Part shown: in pieces, positions 10,850 through 20,821 of the stretch
Numbering within the stretch: the first letter of the stretch is position 1
Layout: each line of letters begins with the position of its first letter
Assembly: GCA_029838195.1 (NCBI GenBank)
Contig: JALGVJ010000003.1
Location: 1 to 64,000, forward strand
DNA from: Promethearchaeota archaeon
Lineage (GTDB): Archaea > Asgardarchaeota > Lokiarchaeia > Sigyniarchaeales > SOKP01
Reading direction: 5' to 3'
DNA: 64,000 nt
The notes under the pieces: generated by a model
What the model saw: only the letters and a program-made list of their open reading frames with translations
Told to the model about the DNA's origin: nothing
Database searches by the model: none
Made by a program: the position numbers and the translations under genes

Positions 10850-11070
10850 AAATTAGAATTTATCGTCAGAGAATTTGCTTATTAGCTTTTTCAAAATCAT
10901 TCGGAATGCTTTTACTAATATGAACAATGATTTCAATCTTTCTTATTGCGGCATCTTGTAGTTGCTTCTAAATAAAAAAATCCCTTTTATTTTTATCATT
11001 TAAATAATCTTCAATTAATTTAATTCATACTAATAAATGCTATATTTATCTCCCTGGATTCTTTTTTATA
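10850..11070 (-). pseudogene. Degraded HEPN (DUF86/HepT-like) toxin
   Basis: Minus strand reads LIEDYLNDKNKRDFFI*KQLQDAAIRKIEIIVHISKSIPNDF, resembling the QDAVIRxLEIIGE..K.IP of DUF86, with stops. It lies directly downstream of the MNT remnant. Boundaries are approximate. Confidence 0.6.
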
Positions 11071-11095
11071 AAACCTTCACCTATTCTGCCATTAT

Positions 11096-11340
11096 CTAAT
11101 GTTTTAAAAGAAGGTGCACGGAATCAAATGTGAAGATATCACTCTTACGACGTGATATTCGTTCTAATTCCTGCTGTAAGGTAAATAAATCAAAAAGATT
11201 TTTCTCCCCCTTAAACTCAATTAAAAAATCAATATCACTCTGTTCAGTTAAATCTTCTCATATGATTGAACCAAATAAAAAGGTTTGCTTCCCATTGAGC
11301 TTTTATAAAAATTTAATAATTTCTAATTCTAATTTCCCAG
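11096..11340 (-). pseudogene. Degraded minimal nucleotidyltransferase (MntA-like antitoxin)
   Basis: Minus strand reads IIKFL*KLNGKQTFLFGSII*EDLTEQSDIDFLIEFKGEKNLFDLFTLQQELE: LFGS...SDID motif with two in-frame stops. Confidence 0.75.
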
Positions 11341-11696
11341 CTTTAAAGATTTTATTTGAAAATTTATTTTAATAAAATTATCAGTTCAAATAAAATATTT
11401 AATATTTAACGGAGTAACATGTAAAGCATGATAATTAAATGATAAATCGTGATTTTTTTATGTATGGAATAAATTTTTCCACTTTTCTTTTGTTTTTTCT
11501 AATTTCAAATAATTACAATGATTTTGGTAAAAAGAAATGAATAGAATGATAATCGATGGCGAGCAAGAATTGACTAAAAAAACCAATAGTATTGTAAGAA
11601 ATTCAATGAAATTTCATGATATAAATCCAGAAATCTCCTATGATGCTTCTTAAATCAAATTAATTTAATAAGTTCATGTAAATATTTTAATTCAAT

Positions 11697-12512
11697 TCAT
11701 AATAATAATTCTTCTTTACTTACGGGTTCAGCACGTTTCCAATAAGATTCAAAGAGTTCTTTAGCCCAGGCTATCACGGTTTCCTCTTTTTCGGAGTATA
11801 AGCATTCAGAATAATCAATCTTTTTATAATCTGAAAAGAACATTAAAACTTTTGATTCTGTAATCAGAAGAACAATTTTTTGATCATGTAATTTGCGCAA
11901 GGTTTGAGGGATTCCTGCCTTATTGCTTAATTCGCGAAATATAGCCGGCTTCGGACCTTCAATATATTTTTCCCATTCTTCAGTTTGCACGTATTTTTTA
12001 ATTAAATCAACATGCAATATACTTCTTATTTTTATTTTTTGATTAATAATTTTTTTTTGCATGATAGGAAGATCTCTATCGAGCGTTTGTTCTGTAATGG
12101 ACCAAATAAATTGCTTTGCTTCTAATATGATTTGAGACCAGCGTTCAATATTTTCCATAGTTTGATCGAATAACTTGCAATTTTTTAAAACGCCTAAATT
12201 TAATAAAAGATGAGCGGGAATTACACTAATGTCATGAGAATTTATAAAATCTCGAAATTTAATATTCACTTCAAAAAAGTCCAAAGATTTGTTAATAAGC
12301 CATCCAAAATTAGTTCTATAATATGAATTATCAAGATTTTTCTTTATTAATTTATTTTTCATGAGACGTTTCATGTGCCTCGTGATTTCCGGACCCGGCA
12401 AATCAAATTTTTTTTCAAGTTCCGAATGTTTCCATTGTTTCTTGCTGGTTTCTCTTAGGATCTTGTATCTTGCGTCGTGAGATAATTCAAAAAAGAGTTG
12501 ATTTACATTCAT
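11697..12512 (-). CDS. Archaeal ArsR-like wHTH transcriptional regulator with DUF1724-like C-terminal domain
   Basis: LFFELSH..R..IL, 'EITRHMKRL', C-terminal 'WAKELFESYW'. Confidence 0.8.
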   Translation of the reverse strand: MNVNQLFFELSHDARYKILRETSKKQWKHSELEKKFDLPGPEITRHMKRLMKNKLIKKNLDNSYYRTNFGWLINKSLDFFEVNIKFRDFINSHDISVIPAHLLLNLGVLKNCKLFDQTMENIERWSQIILEAKQFIWSITEQTLDRDLPIMQKKIINQKIKIRSILHVDLIKKYVQTEEWEKYIEGPKPAIFRELSNKAGIPQTLRKLHDQKIVLLITESKVLMFFSDYKKIDYSECLYSEKEETVIAWAKELFESYWKRAEPVSKEELLL

Positions 12513-12605
12513 GTTTATTCAAAGAAAAAGTTTTAAAATTGCTTTAAACTATTATTATGATTTTTAATTATTTTAACTTTTTTAATTATTTTTTAAAATT
12601 AAAAA

Positions 12606-13150
12606 GGCTGTTGATAAATTAATAAGTATCCTCCTTTATTCATTTTTATGAAATAATCTCCTTAAACTGATACGATCTTCAAAACGACCCTCCACATGGG
12701 ATAGTAAATAGAAAAGATTCCAAGCACTCACCTTCAAATCCATTTCGCCCTTCACCTTCTCCCCTCCCCGGACCTGAGTACGGCCGAAATGATAATTTTC
12801 CTCCATGATTCCAAAGACGGCTTCTATTTTAGAACGAATGCATACTTTTCTTTTTGCCCCCCGCTTCTTTTTGGGATGCTTGCCTGATTCCTCCTTGGAA
12901 TGGAATTCACACTGCTTTTCATGAAAGGCTAACCATTTCAAATTCGCAGCGGTGAAATACGCATGATCTCCATGAAAACTCTTCAGCCGGCAGAGCAGCT
13001 CGTGCTGTTCTAACGAAAGAAGACCAGGACGGAGTTTTTTCTTTAATCCATGACCGACGGAATTAGAGGGGAGAAAGGTATAGTATGACCGGGGCTAAAA
13101 AAGGAGAAGAGAGCGCCTTTTTATGGGTGAGAAGAGAGGGGAGGGAAGAA
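12606..13150 (-). mobile_element. Internally deleted DDE transposon remnant (IS1182/IS5-like)
   Basis: GC-richer block. ORF 12636-12941 carries RSKIEAVFG...GR..VRG..KV..E......WN, the C-terminal catalytic-Glu region. In frame upstream is DHAYFTAANLKWL (second-Asp motif). Too short for an intact transposase. Confidence 0.7.
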
Positions 13151-13364
13151 TTTAAAATTTTTATAATTTTAACATTAGCGGATGTTGTTAAAAGGAATTT
13201 AAAGGATATTTTTATAAATGAAGTCAAAGAACTTAATCATGATAATATTTGATATTGTAAATTTCATAAAAACTGCTAGTAAATTTGATAAGTATGGAAA
13301 TTATTGAAATTTCTAAAAATTTAAGATAAAATTAATCATTTAAACCGATTTTTCTAAAGTTTAA

Positions 13365-13502
13365 AGTTAAAAATAAAAAGAATTAGAGAAAAATAAAAAT
13401 AAATCATTATAGTTAAAAATAAAAAGAATTAGAGAAAAATAAAAATAAATCATTATAGTTAAAAATAAAAAGAATTAGAGAAAAACAAAAATAAATCATT
13501 AT
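13365..13502. repeat. 46-bp tandem repeat x3
   Basis: agttaaaaataaaaagaattagagaaaaataaaaataaatcattat at 13365, 13411 and 13457 (one mismatch in copy 3); no spacers. Confidence 0.95.
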
Positions 13503-13523
13503 ATAAAAGAGGTATAAATTTAC

Positions 13524-14756
13524 ATGAATGAAGAAAAAGAAATTAAAAATGCAATGAGAGAAACGATTCAAAAAATTTGTGATGAAATCGGCCCCAGGCC
13601 TCCGTGTAGCGAACAAGAAGCAAAATGTGCCGTTTTTATTCATGAATTTCTTAAAAAAATTACCGATGATGCTAAGATCGAAAATTTTTATTGTCATCCG
13701 GGCTCTTATCGAGCGGCATTTCGCATTCCCATACTAAATCTAATTTTAGCAACAACATTCTATTGGATTTATTTTTTTTATACCAATTTGGCATTTATAG
13801 TAATTTCATTCATTTTAATTTTAACTTCAGCAATAATTATTCAAACCAATTTAATGCGCAACATTGAATTGATCGATCCTTTTTTTAAAAAAAAAAAATC
13901 GACTAACGTGCATGCAAGATTTAAACCTAAACAAGAAGTTAAAAGAATAGTGGTGATTGGAGGACATCATGATTCTCATTGGGAATTTCCGCTCTTGAAA
14001 AGATGGCCAAAATTCTATACATCGCTAATGGGAATCCCTATGATATTTACTTTTATAATGCTGGGTATTTATGGCCTGAAATTAATCTTATATCTATTTT
14101 TCATTAAATTTTTGGTGGTTCAAACTGTCGATTTCCTGTTTTTATTAATACAAACGGCTTTAATCCCGCTATTGATATATATCGCAATTAATTGTGTCTC
14201 AAATAATCCGGTCATGGGTGCAGATGATAATCTAACGTCAATCGCAATAATTTTTGAAATTGCTAAATATTTAAAAGCCTCCGATGGTCTAAACCATACA
14301 GAAATTTGGTTAGTATCCCACGGATGTGAAGAGATTGGAGATAGAGGAAGTAAACGCTTTTCTAAAAAATATCTTGATGATTTAAAGAATGCCCTCGTTA
14401 TTAATATAGACATGGTTGGAGGAAAGGGTTCCGAATTGAAAATTGACATAATGGAAGTACGCTCTCTAATAAAACTAAATGATGAGCTCGGTAAAGAGTT
14501 ATCCAAGATTGCTGCTGAATTAAATATTTCACATGAAATAGGAAATGTCATCTTTTTTACAGATTCCATGGCATATGCCCAAAATGGAATCAAAGCTTGC
14601 TCAATTGTAGGAGCTCCTAAAAAAGGATTTGCTTTACACTACCACACATTAGATGATACGATTGATAAAATAGATTTTAATAATCTATGGAATTGCTTTA
14701 GAATTTTAATAGAATTTCTCAAGAGAATAGACAAAGACAGAATACAAATTGAATGA
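13524..14756 (+). CDS. Membrane-embedded M28 family metallopeptidase
   Basis: IGPRPP.S..E, GGHHDS, GADDN, GCEE.G, NIDMVG, YHT..D; two TM hairpins. Confidence 0.9.
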   Translation: MNEEKEIKNAMRETIQKICDEIGPRPPCSEQEAKCAVFIHEFLKKITDDAKIENFYCHPGSYRAAFRIPILNLILATTFYWIYFFYTNLAFIVISFILILTSAIIIQTNLMRNIELIDPFFKKKKSTNVHARFKPKQEVKRIVVIGGHHDSHWEFPLLKRWPKFYTSLMGIPMIFTFIMLGIYGLKLILYLFFIKFLVVQTVDFLFLLIQTALIPLLIYIAINCVSNNPVMGADDNLTSIAIIFEIAKYLKASDGLNHTEIWLVSHGCEEIGDRGSKRFSKKYLDDLKNALVINIDMVGGKGSELKIDIMEVRSLIKLNDELGKELSKIAAELNISHEIGNVIFFTDSMAYAQNGIKACSIVGAPKKGFALHYHTLDDTIDKIDFNNLWNCFRILIEFLKRIDKDRIQIE

Positions 14757-14851
14757 TTAAATATTTAACACGTTTTATTATTATCTTAATTAAAAAATTT
14801 TTTATTCTGAAAAAATAATTGATAATTATAAAAAAAGATGAAATATTAATT

Positions 14852-15289
14852 TCATTTCCAATATCCTAATTCTGCCATGATTTCCATTGCAAGTTGGAAA
14901 TAGTCTCCAAAAGCCATAGTATCTTGAACATTACCTTCTATTTTTAATGATCCTGCCATGTAAGCTGCAGTGCCATCAACTTGACCGGTTAATACACCTG
15001 ATAAAGTATTCCAGTCAGCTAACATTGAAAAAGAAGCATTTTCATTTTCTCCTTCGCCGTATTCAAATTTACCATTTCCAAGTTTAATCCACCATTTAAA
15101 ATCCCTATCAGTTAATTTCATTTGAGCAGTTATTTCATCTAAATTATCTAATTCATCAATCAAATCTTCATGCTCTATTGATGTTTGTTTAATAAGTTCC
15201 ATTAATTTAAACATGTTTTTCGGATCGTCAGCTATAGTCCCACTTTCTTTCATTTCTTTTAATTCTTTAACTAAATTTTCATCTACCAT
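14852..15289 (-). CDS. SCP2 sterol/lipid-carrier domain protein
   Basis: 'G.VDG..AYMAGSLKIEGN' SCP2 signature. Confidence 0.85.
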   Translation of the reverse strand: MVDENLVKELKEMKESGTIADDPKNMFKLMELIKQTSIEHEDLIDELDNLDEITAQMKLTDRDFKWWIKLGNGKFEYGEGENENASFSMLADWNTLSGVLTGQVDGTAAYMAGSLKIEGNVQDTMAFGDYFQLAMEIMAELGYWK

Positions 15290-15785
15290 TTTTTCAACCT
15301 GTCCATGTATTAAAATCTTTTTTTTATAATGAATTTAAATTTTAACCTTTTTGCTTCATAATTCTATTAATTAAATTGATGAAACTAAAATATATAAAGA
15401 TATAGTTAAAATCATTCTTAATATGAATGAATTAGTTTATATTAAAATTCATGTTTTTATTAAAAATCATTTAAAATTATTCATTCTTTAAAGCGCCCGA
15501 GATTAATAATTCATTATAGTTAAAACCAATCTAAATTATTTAGCCCAATCTTAACTTTCTTTCATACACATGTTAATTTTTTCAAAAGATTAATAACAAG
15601 AGTAAACATAAAAAAACTCATTTAATGATTTTAATGCTCTTTAACCTCTTCTACAGCGGCTATTTTAGAAGTGCATTCTTAATATCAATTTTAAGAAAAC
15701 ATTTAAAAATTCGATTAAAATAATTTTTATATGTAAAATGTATGTTTTAAATACATTTGAATTAAATTTTTGAAAGGTCAAACAA

Positions 15786-16565
15786 TTGAAGCTTGATGGA
15801 AAAATATTTATCATAACCGGTGCCATTGAGGGTATTGGACTTTCTATTGCAAAATTATTCTCAGAAAATAATGCAAAATTGGTCTTAGCAGATATAGAAA
15901 AACCAGATCCTCAATTTAAAAATTGCGTGTCCGTTAAATATGATCCCCTGTCGCTAGTGGATGTGAAAGAATTGGTAGCCACGTCCGTGAACAATTTTGG
16001 AGCAAGAATAGATGGTGTTGTTAATACAATAAGTACTTGTGTCGTGAGAAAAGTTTCCAAATCGGATTTAGAATTATGGAATTATCACATGGATTTTAAT
16101 TTCAAAAGTGTTTTTTTCTTGAATCAAGCAGTAGCTAATCAAATGATTAAAAATGGTAATGGAGGTGTTTTTTTAAACTTGGTCACTACCGCAGCGTTAT
16201 CCGGAACTAATACCGTTGCTGCCTATTCAGCTAGTCAGGCAGCATTAATGAATTTATCAAACACAATGGCATTGGAATTAAGGCAATATAACATTCGTTC
16301 TAATTGTCTGGTCGTACCTTACATAGAATCCGGGGCAATAAAATATGGAGAACTATTTGGCGGTAAAACATTAGAAAGAATACGCCCTATGGCTTATACA
16401 TTCTCCCCGATGATGGATTTAGTTGATCCCGATCAAATTGCTAAAATTGCATTATTTTTAGTATCAAGTGATTCACATATAATTAATGGCCAAACTATAG
16501 GAATAGTTGATGATGAACTAACTAATATAAGAAATATTTTAACAAGAAAGAGGTTAAAGAGCTGA
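15786..16565 (+). CDS. SDR-family oxidoreductase, catalytic Lys replaced (YSASQ)
   Basis: ITGAIEGIG Rossmann motif and IRSN; YxxxK reads YSASQ; TTG start. Confidence 0.8.
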   Translation: MKLDGKIFIITGAIEGIGLSIAKLFSENNAKLVLADIEKPDPQFKNCVSVKYDPLSLVDVKELVATSVNNFGARIDGVVNTISTCVVRKVSKSDLELWNYHMDFNFKSVFFLNQAVANQMIKNGNGGVFLNLVTTAALSGTNTVAAYSASQAALMNLSNTMALELRQYNIRSNCLVVPYIESGAIKYGELFGGKTLERIRPMAYTFSPMMDLVDPDQIAKIALFLVSSDSHIINGQTIGIVDDELTNIRNILTRKRLKS

Positions 16566-16570
16566 TCATC

Positions 16571-17347
16571 ATGAAATTAAAAGATAAAATCATTATTGTT
16601 ACGGGAGGAGGTTCGGGAATAGGAAAAGCAATCGCCATGAGATTAGCGCAAGAAGGTGCTAATATAATTATTGCTGATATTAATGAGAACTTAGCCCGAG
16701 AAACTGCTCAAGAAATAAGTGATATGGGGCGTGAAAGCATTGCTGTTAAAACGGATGTTTCAAATGAAGATAGCGTGAAAAACATGGTAAATATAACGTT
16801 AGAGAAATTTGGACGATTAGATATAGTCGTGAGCAATGCAGGTGTATCCAGAATGGGAAAATTTATTGATATTTCAGAAGAGGATTTCGATTTCAATATG
16901 AATGTTAATGCAAAAGGCGGGTTCATTGTTTCTAAGATTGCTGCTGATGTCATGGAAAAACAAGGATATGGTAAGATTTTATTTACAATCAGCATGGCCG
17001 GAAAATGCGGAAGCCCTTTATATGCACATTATAATGCCTCTAAAGCAGCACTCTTAGCTTACATGCAAGCACTTGCCATGGAATTAGCCCCAAACATAAT
17101 AGTTAATGGTGTTTGTCCTGGATTAGTTCAAACCTCGATGCAAGAAAGAGAGATTAAATGGAGTGCTGAGCTTCAAGGAATAAGTGAGGATTTGGTAAAA
17201 TCACAGTATCTTTCCGGAATTCCTCTTCAGAAACTTGAGAAGCCAAGTGATGTTGCTAATTTAATCGCATTTTTGGCTGGTGATGATGCAAATTATATAA
17301 CGGGGCAAGCTATTAACATCACGGGTGGAATGATTTTAAGAAGATGA
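16571..17347 (+). CDS. SDR-family NAD-dependent (polyol/sugar) dehydrogenase
   Basis: TGGGSGIG, NAG, YNASK, VCPG, YITGQAINITGG. Confidence 0.92.
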   Translation: MKLKDKIIIVTGGGSGIGKAIAMRLAQEGANIIIADINENLARETAQEISDMGRESIAVKTDVSNEDSVKNMVNITLEKFGRLDIVVSNAGVSRMGKFIDISEEDFDFNMNVNAKGGFIVSKIAADVMEKQGYGKILFTISMAGKCGSPLYAHYNASKAALLAYMQALAMELAPNIIVNGVCPGLVQTSMQEREIKWSAELQGISEDLVKSQYLSGIPLQKLEKPSDVANLIAFLAGDDANYITGQAINITGGMILRR

Positions 17348-17449
17348 GAGAAAAATTAAAAAAAACATTAATAAATGTTAAAAAAATAAAAAAAGAATAA
17401 AAAAAATAAAAAAAGAATGAAAAAAAATAAAAAAAATAGGGGTTAAAAA

Positions 17450-18241
17450 ATGTTTGATATATCAAATAAAAAAATAGTAGATCTATCAATCATGATGGAT
17501 CCAACCGATCCTAATCATGCTAAAGAAACTCAATGGATAAAACAGAGAGGGACAATCCCTCCCGCATACATACCGGAAGAGCGTATCGTTGTTGAACCAT
17601 ATATTTTCATGGCAGATAGGTGCATGTGTGAATGGTTGACCATGTGGAGTCATGCAGGAACTCATCTTGAAGTTGCAATCCATTCTTATGTATATGGAGC
17701 AACGGATATTCCTGAAAAAATGCATTATAGTATTGGTGATGTACCCTTAGAAGATCTATGTGGTGAAGGTTATGCTATCGATCTAACATTTGTAGGAAAA
17801 GAAAAGAAAGAAAGTGATCCTAAAGTCATAATGGATCGATTAGAAAGATTATCCGTGTCAGGTCCGCAAGTTTTTCCTGAAGATATTGAAAAATGGGAGG
17901 AGCGAAATAATACGCACATAGAGAAAGGAGATATAGTTTTTTTACACACGCGACTTGAAATTCCCGACATTCCAATCATTCCAAAAGAGACATGTAGTTA
18001 TTTAGTACGAAGAAGAAGGATAAAGGCTATCGGCACTAATGATCATACGATCATTTATGGCGGATTAGGGCACATGTTCCTGCATGAACGTCGCATGCCT
18101 GTTGTTGAGATGTTAACCAATTTAGAAAAGATTGGCAATCAGAGAGCTTATTTCATTATTTCTCCTTTACCCATTAAGGGGATAGGAGGATCTCCCGCTC
18201 GTGTATTAGCATTTGTGGACGAAATAATCGAAGATAAATGA
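17450..18241 (+). CDS. Cyclase/kynurenine-formamidase-like metal-dependent hydrolase
   Basis: VDLS, HAGTHLE, GDIVFLHT, VE.LTNL, P.PI.G..GSPARV. Confidence 0.85.
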   Translation: MFDISNKKIVDLSIMMDPTDPNHAKETQWIKQRGTIPPAYIPEERIVVEPYIFMADRCMCEWLTMWSHAGTHLEVAIHSYVYGATDIPEKMHYSIGDVPLEDLCGEGYAIDLTFVGKEKKESDPKVIMDRLERLSVSGPQVFPEDIEKWEERNNTHIEKGDIVFLHTRLEIPDIPIIPKETCSYLVRRRRIKAIGTNDHTIIYGGLGHMFLHERRMPVVEMLTNLEKIGNQRAYFIISPLPIKGIGGSPARVLAFVDEIIEDK

Positions 18242-18327
18242 ATTAAATAATATTTTTTTTAGTTATTATTGAATTTTTTTAGAAAAAATAACAATAAATA
18301 AGAAAATAGTTTTAAAAAAAACTTAAG

Positions 18328-19011
18328 ATGGATAAAATGACAGAATTCATTTTCATGTTAACTTACAATGATGTCACTAAAAAAGACGCTATAGAAATTT
18401 ATGAGGGTATTAGGGACATTTCGGATTTGAAATTCATTGGTTTTAAGAATATAGGATTAGAAATGGAACAATATGAAAAATTAGTAGCAATGATGAAAGA
18501 GGATGGAAAAACCATTTTCTTAGAAGTAGTTTCAGATTCAGAAGAAGCATCAATAAAATCTGCAGAGGTCGGTCTTAAATTGGGAGTGGATTATTTAATT
18601 GGAACGATGAAACAATATATTGATCCAACTCTTAAAATTATAAGGGGTAAACCGATCAAATTCATGCCTTACATTGGAGATGTAATAGGACACCCTTGTA
18701 TCTTGACGGGAACCATTGAATCAATACAAGAAGATGCAATAAATATTGAAAAAAAAGGAGTTGATGGAATTAATCTCTTGGCATATAGGCATGAAACCGT
18801 TAATGTTGAAAAATTAATTAAAAAAGTCATGGAAGTAATGAAAACAAAACTAATCGTCGCCGGTAGCATAAGTACACCCCATCAAGTAAAAAAAATGCAA
18901 GAACTTGATGTATGGGCATTTACCATCGGAAGCGCAATTTTTGATAAAAAATTCGTTCCTAAAGGCTCTAATGCTGACAACATCAAAACTGTATTAAAAA
19001 TATTGTCGTGA
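18328..19011 (+). CDS. TIM-barrel protein of unknown function (ribulose-phosphate-binding barrel-like)
   Basis: FIFMLT.ND.T, IGFK, FLEVV, GHP..L.G, G.NLLAYR, AGSI, FTIGSA; located in the sugar cluster. Confidence 0.65.
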   Translation: MDKMTEFIFMLTYNDVTKKDAIEIYEGIRDISDLKFIGFKNIGLEMEQYEKLVAMMKEDGKTIFLEVVSDSEEASIKSAEVGLKLGVDYLIGTMKQYIDPTLKIIRGKPIKFMPYIGDVIGHPCILTGTIESIQEDAINIEKKGVDGINLLAYRHETVNVEKLIKKVMEVMKTKLIVAGSISTPHQVKKMQELDVWAFTIGSAIFDKKFVPKGSNADNIKTVLKILS

Positions 19012-19029
19012 TTCATAAAAATAAAAAAA

Positions 19030-20439
19030 ATGAGAGAGTTCATAAGAATGTCAAAAAAATCTACCGGCATTTTTCAAAAATTGTCCTATGGAATCGGTTC
19101 TATCGCAGATACGGGCTCATATTCAATCGTGAGCACATTTTTACTTTTTTTTTTAATAGACGTGGTTTATCTTAATGCTTGGTTAGCATCATTAGTATAC
19201 ATGATAGCCTATGGTATTTGGAATGCTATAAATGACCCAATCGTGGGTGTCTTATCCGATCGTACTCATACACGATGGGGTCGAAGAAAACCATGGATAA
19301 TGATTGGAGCTCCGCTTTCTTTACTTTTTTACATTTTAATGTGGGGTCCACCAACAAAAATTAGCAATACGGAAATCTTCATTTTCATGCTCCTCGTAGT
19401 AATAGGTTATGAGTTTGCATATAGCATGGCCGCAGTTACATGGTTTGCTGTATTTCCTGAAATATGGATTACTGTAGAAGAACGAAGCGAAATTGTGATT
19501 TATAGGCAAGTATTTGCCGTATTTGGAGGTGCTCTGGCAGTGGGATTGTTTCCCGTCATTCAAGTGCATCTTTCTGAGATTCTTGAAGAAAAAATTGGAT
19601 GGACGTTGGCCGGAGCAATCTTGGGAACGATATTTACTATTTGCTTTTTAATTTCATTGTTGGGGATTAAAGAGCGAAAAGAATATTCTTTGGACCAGCA
19701 AATGCCCTTGCTGATCTCTATTAAAACCACCTTTAAAAACAAGACACTTTTAACGTACATGATCATTGATTTGATGACTTGGAGCATGTTTGGGTGGATG
19801 AGTGCCATGTCTCCATTCTTTGTTACTCATTCACTGGGCTTAGGTTTAGATGTAGTTGCTTTAATAATGCTTCCAAACATGATCACTACGATTCTTTTTT
19901 TTGCACCTTGGAGAAAAATATATATTCGTTTCGGTTGTAAAAAGACATTAGCTCTAAGTTGCATTTTACAAGCGGGAGTTTATTTGATGGTTTTTACCAT
20001 AAAGGATATTATAGGGCTTGTCTTATGGGGGTTCTTCATGGGAATGTGCACAGCTGGAATTCTAGTAGCACGAGAAGTCATGATGGGTGATGTTGTAGAT
20101 GAAGATGAGCTTAAAACCGGGATAAGAAGGGAGGGATCTTATTTTGGATTCATGATAATGGTCGAAAAAATGTCATTAGTGGTAATCGGTCTTTTTACTG
20201 CTATCTTGTTAAGCGTATTCATCGGTTATGATCCCCAATTACCTGATCCTCCATACATGGATATCGCATTAAGGATCGGAATGGTAATAATGATTGGAAT
20301 ATTTACTATCATCTTGTTAATGTTTTTAAATTTTTATCCTTTAAGCAAAGAAAAAGTTGCCGAAATGCAAGAACAATTGGAAATAATACATGAAAAAAAA
20401 AAAGAACAATTAATGAAAAATACAAATACAAATCTCTAA
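19030..20439 (+). CDS. GPH-family MFS sugar:cation symporter
   Basis: WNAINDPIVG.LSDRT.TRWGRRKPW; DVVDEDELKTG.RREG. Confidence 0.92.
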   Translation: MREFIRMSKKSTGIFQKLSYGIGSIADTGSYSIVSTFLLFFLIDVVYLNAWLASLVYMIAYGIWNAINDPIVGVLSDRTHTRWGRRKPWIMIGAPLSLLFYILMWGPPTKISNTEIFIFMLLVVIGYEFAYSMAAVTWFAVFPEIWITVEERSEIVIYRQVFAVFGGALAVGLFPVIQVHLSEILEEKIGWTLAGAILGTIFTICFLISLLGIKERKEYSLDQQMPLLISIKTTFKNKTLLTYMIIDLMTWSMFGWMSAMSPFFVTHSLGLGLDVVALIMLPNMITTILFFAPWRKIYIRFGCKKTLALSCILQAGVYLMVFTIKDIIGLVLWGFFMGMCTAGILVAREVMMGDVVDEDELKTGIRREGSYFGFMIMVEKMSLVVIGLFTAILLSVFIGYDPQLPDPPYMDIALRIGMVIMIGIFTIILLMFLNFYPLSKEKVAEMQEQLEIIHEKKKEQLMKNTNTNL

Positions 20440-20480
20440 AAAATTTTCAAATTAAGATGTAAATAAAAAAGAAAGAGGGA

Positions 20481-20819
20481 ATGATTTTGGGAGAAATAAA
20501 AATTGTTCGGAAAGAAGAAGCAAAAGAATGGCACGAAGATGATGAATTGTGCCATCTTTACCGAGAAGATGAATCGATGGTGTTTGGTACATCGTATTTA
20601 GGTCCCGGTGAGATAGGTGCAGTAGATCCGGGCCACGCACGTGGTAAAGAAGTCTTTTTCTGTGCTCAAGGAAAGGTCATAGTAGAATTTTCTAAGGAAA
20701 AAATTGAATTAAACAAAGGAGATGCAGTTATCATTCCGGAAAATGAGCCTCATAAATTAATTAACAAATTCAATGAGCCAACCTTTATTGTATGGTCGTT
20801 GGCTCCACCTGACAAGTAA
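20481..20819 (+). CDS. Cupin domain protein
   Basis: H....E.F....G and GD...IP....H...N cupin motifs. Confidence 0.85.
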   Translation: MILGEIKIVRKEEAKEWHEDDELCHLYREDESMVFGTSYLGPGEIGAVDPGHARGKEVFFCAQGKVIVEFSKEKIELNKGDAVIIPENEPHKLINKFNEPTFIVWSLAPPDK

Positions 20820-20821
20820 AG

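Noticed and set aside
11130-11372. 80-aa plus-strand ORF from the track
   Set aside because: Antisense shadow of the MNT pseudogene.
13365-13502. Possible CRISPR array
   Set aside because: Repeats are contiguous with no unique spacers, and there are no cas genes; it is a simple tandem repeat.
17378-17437. A-rich ~20-bp tandem repeat
   Set aside because: Low-complexity poly-A slippage typical of these intergenic regions.
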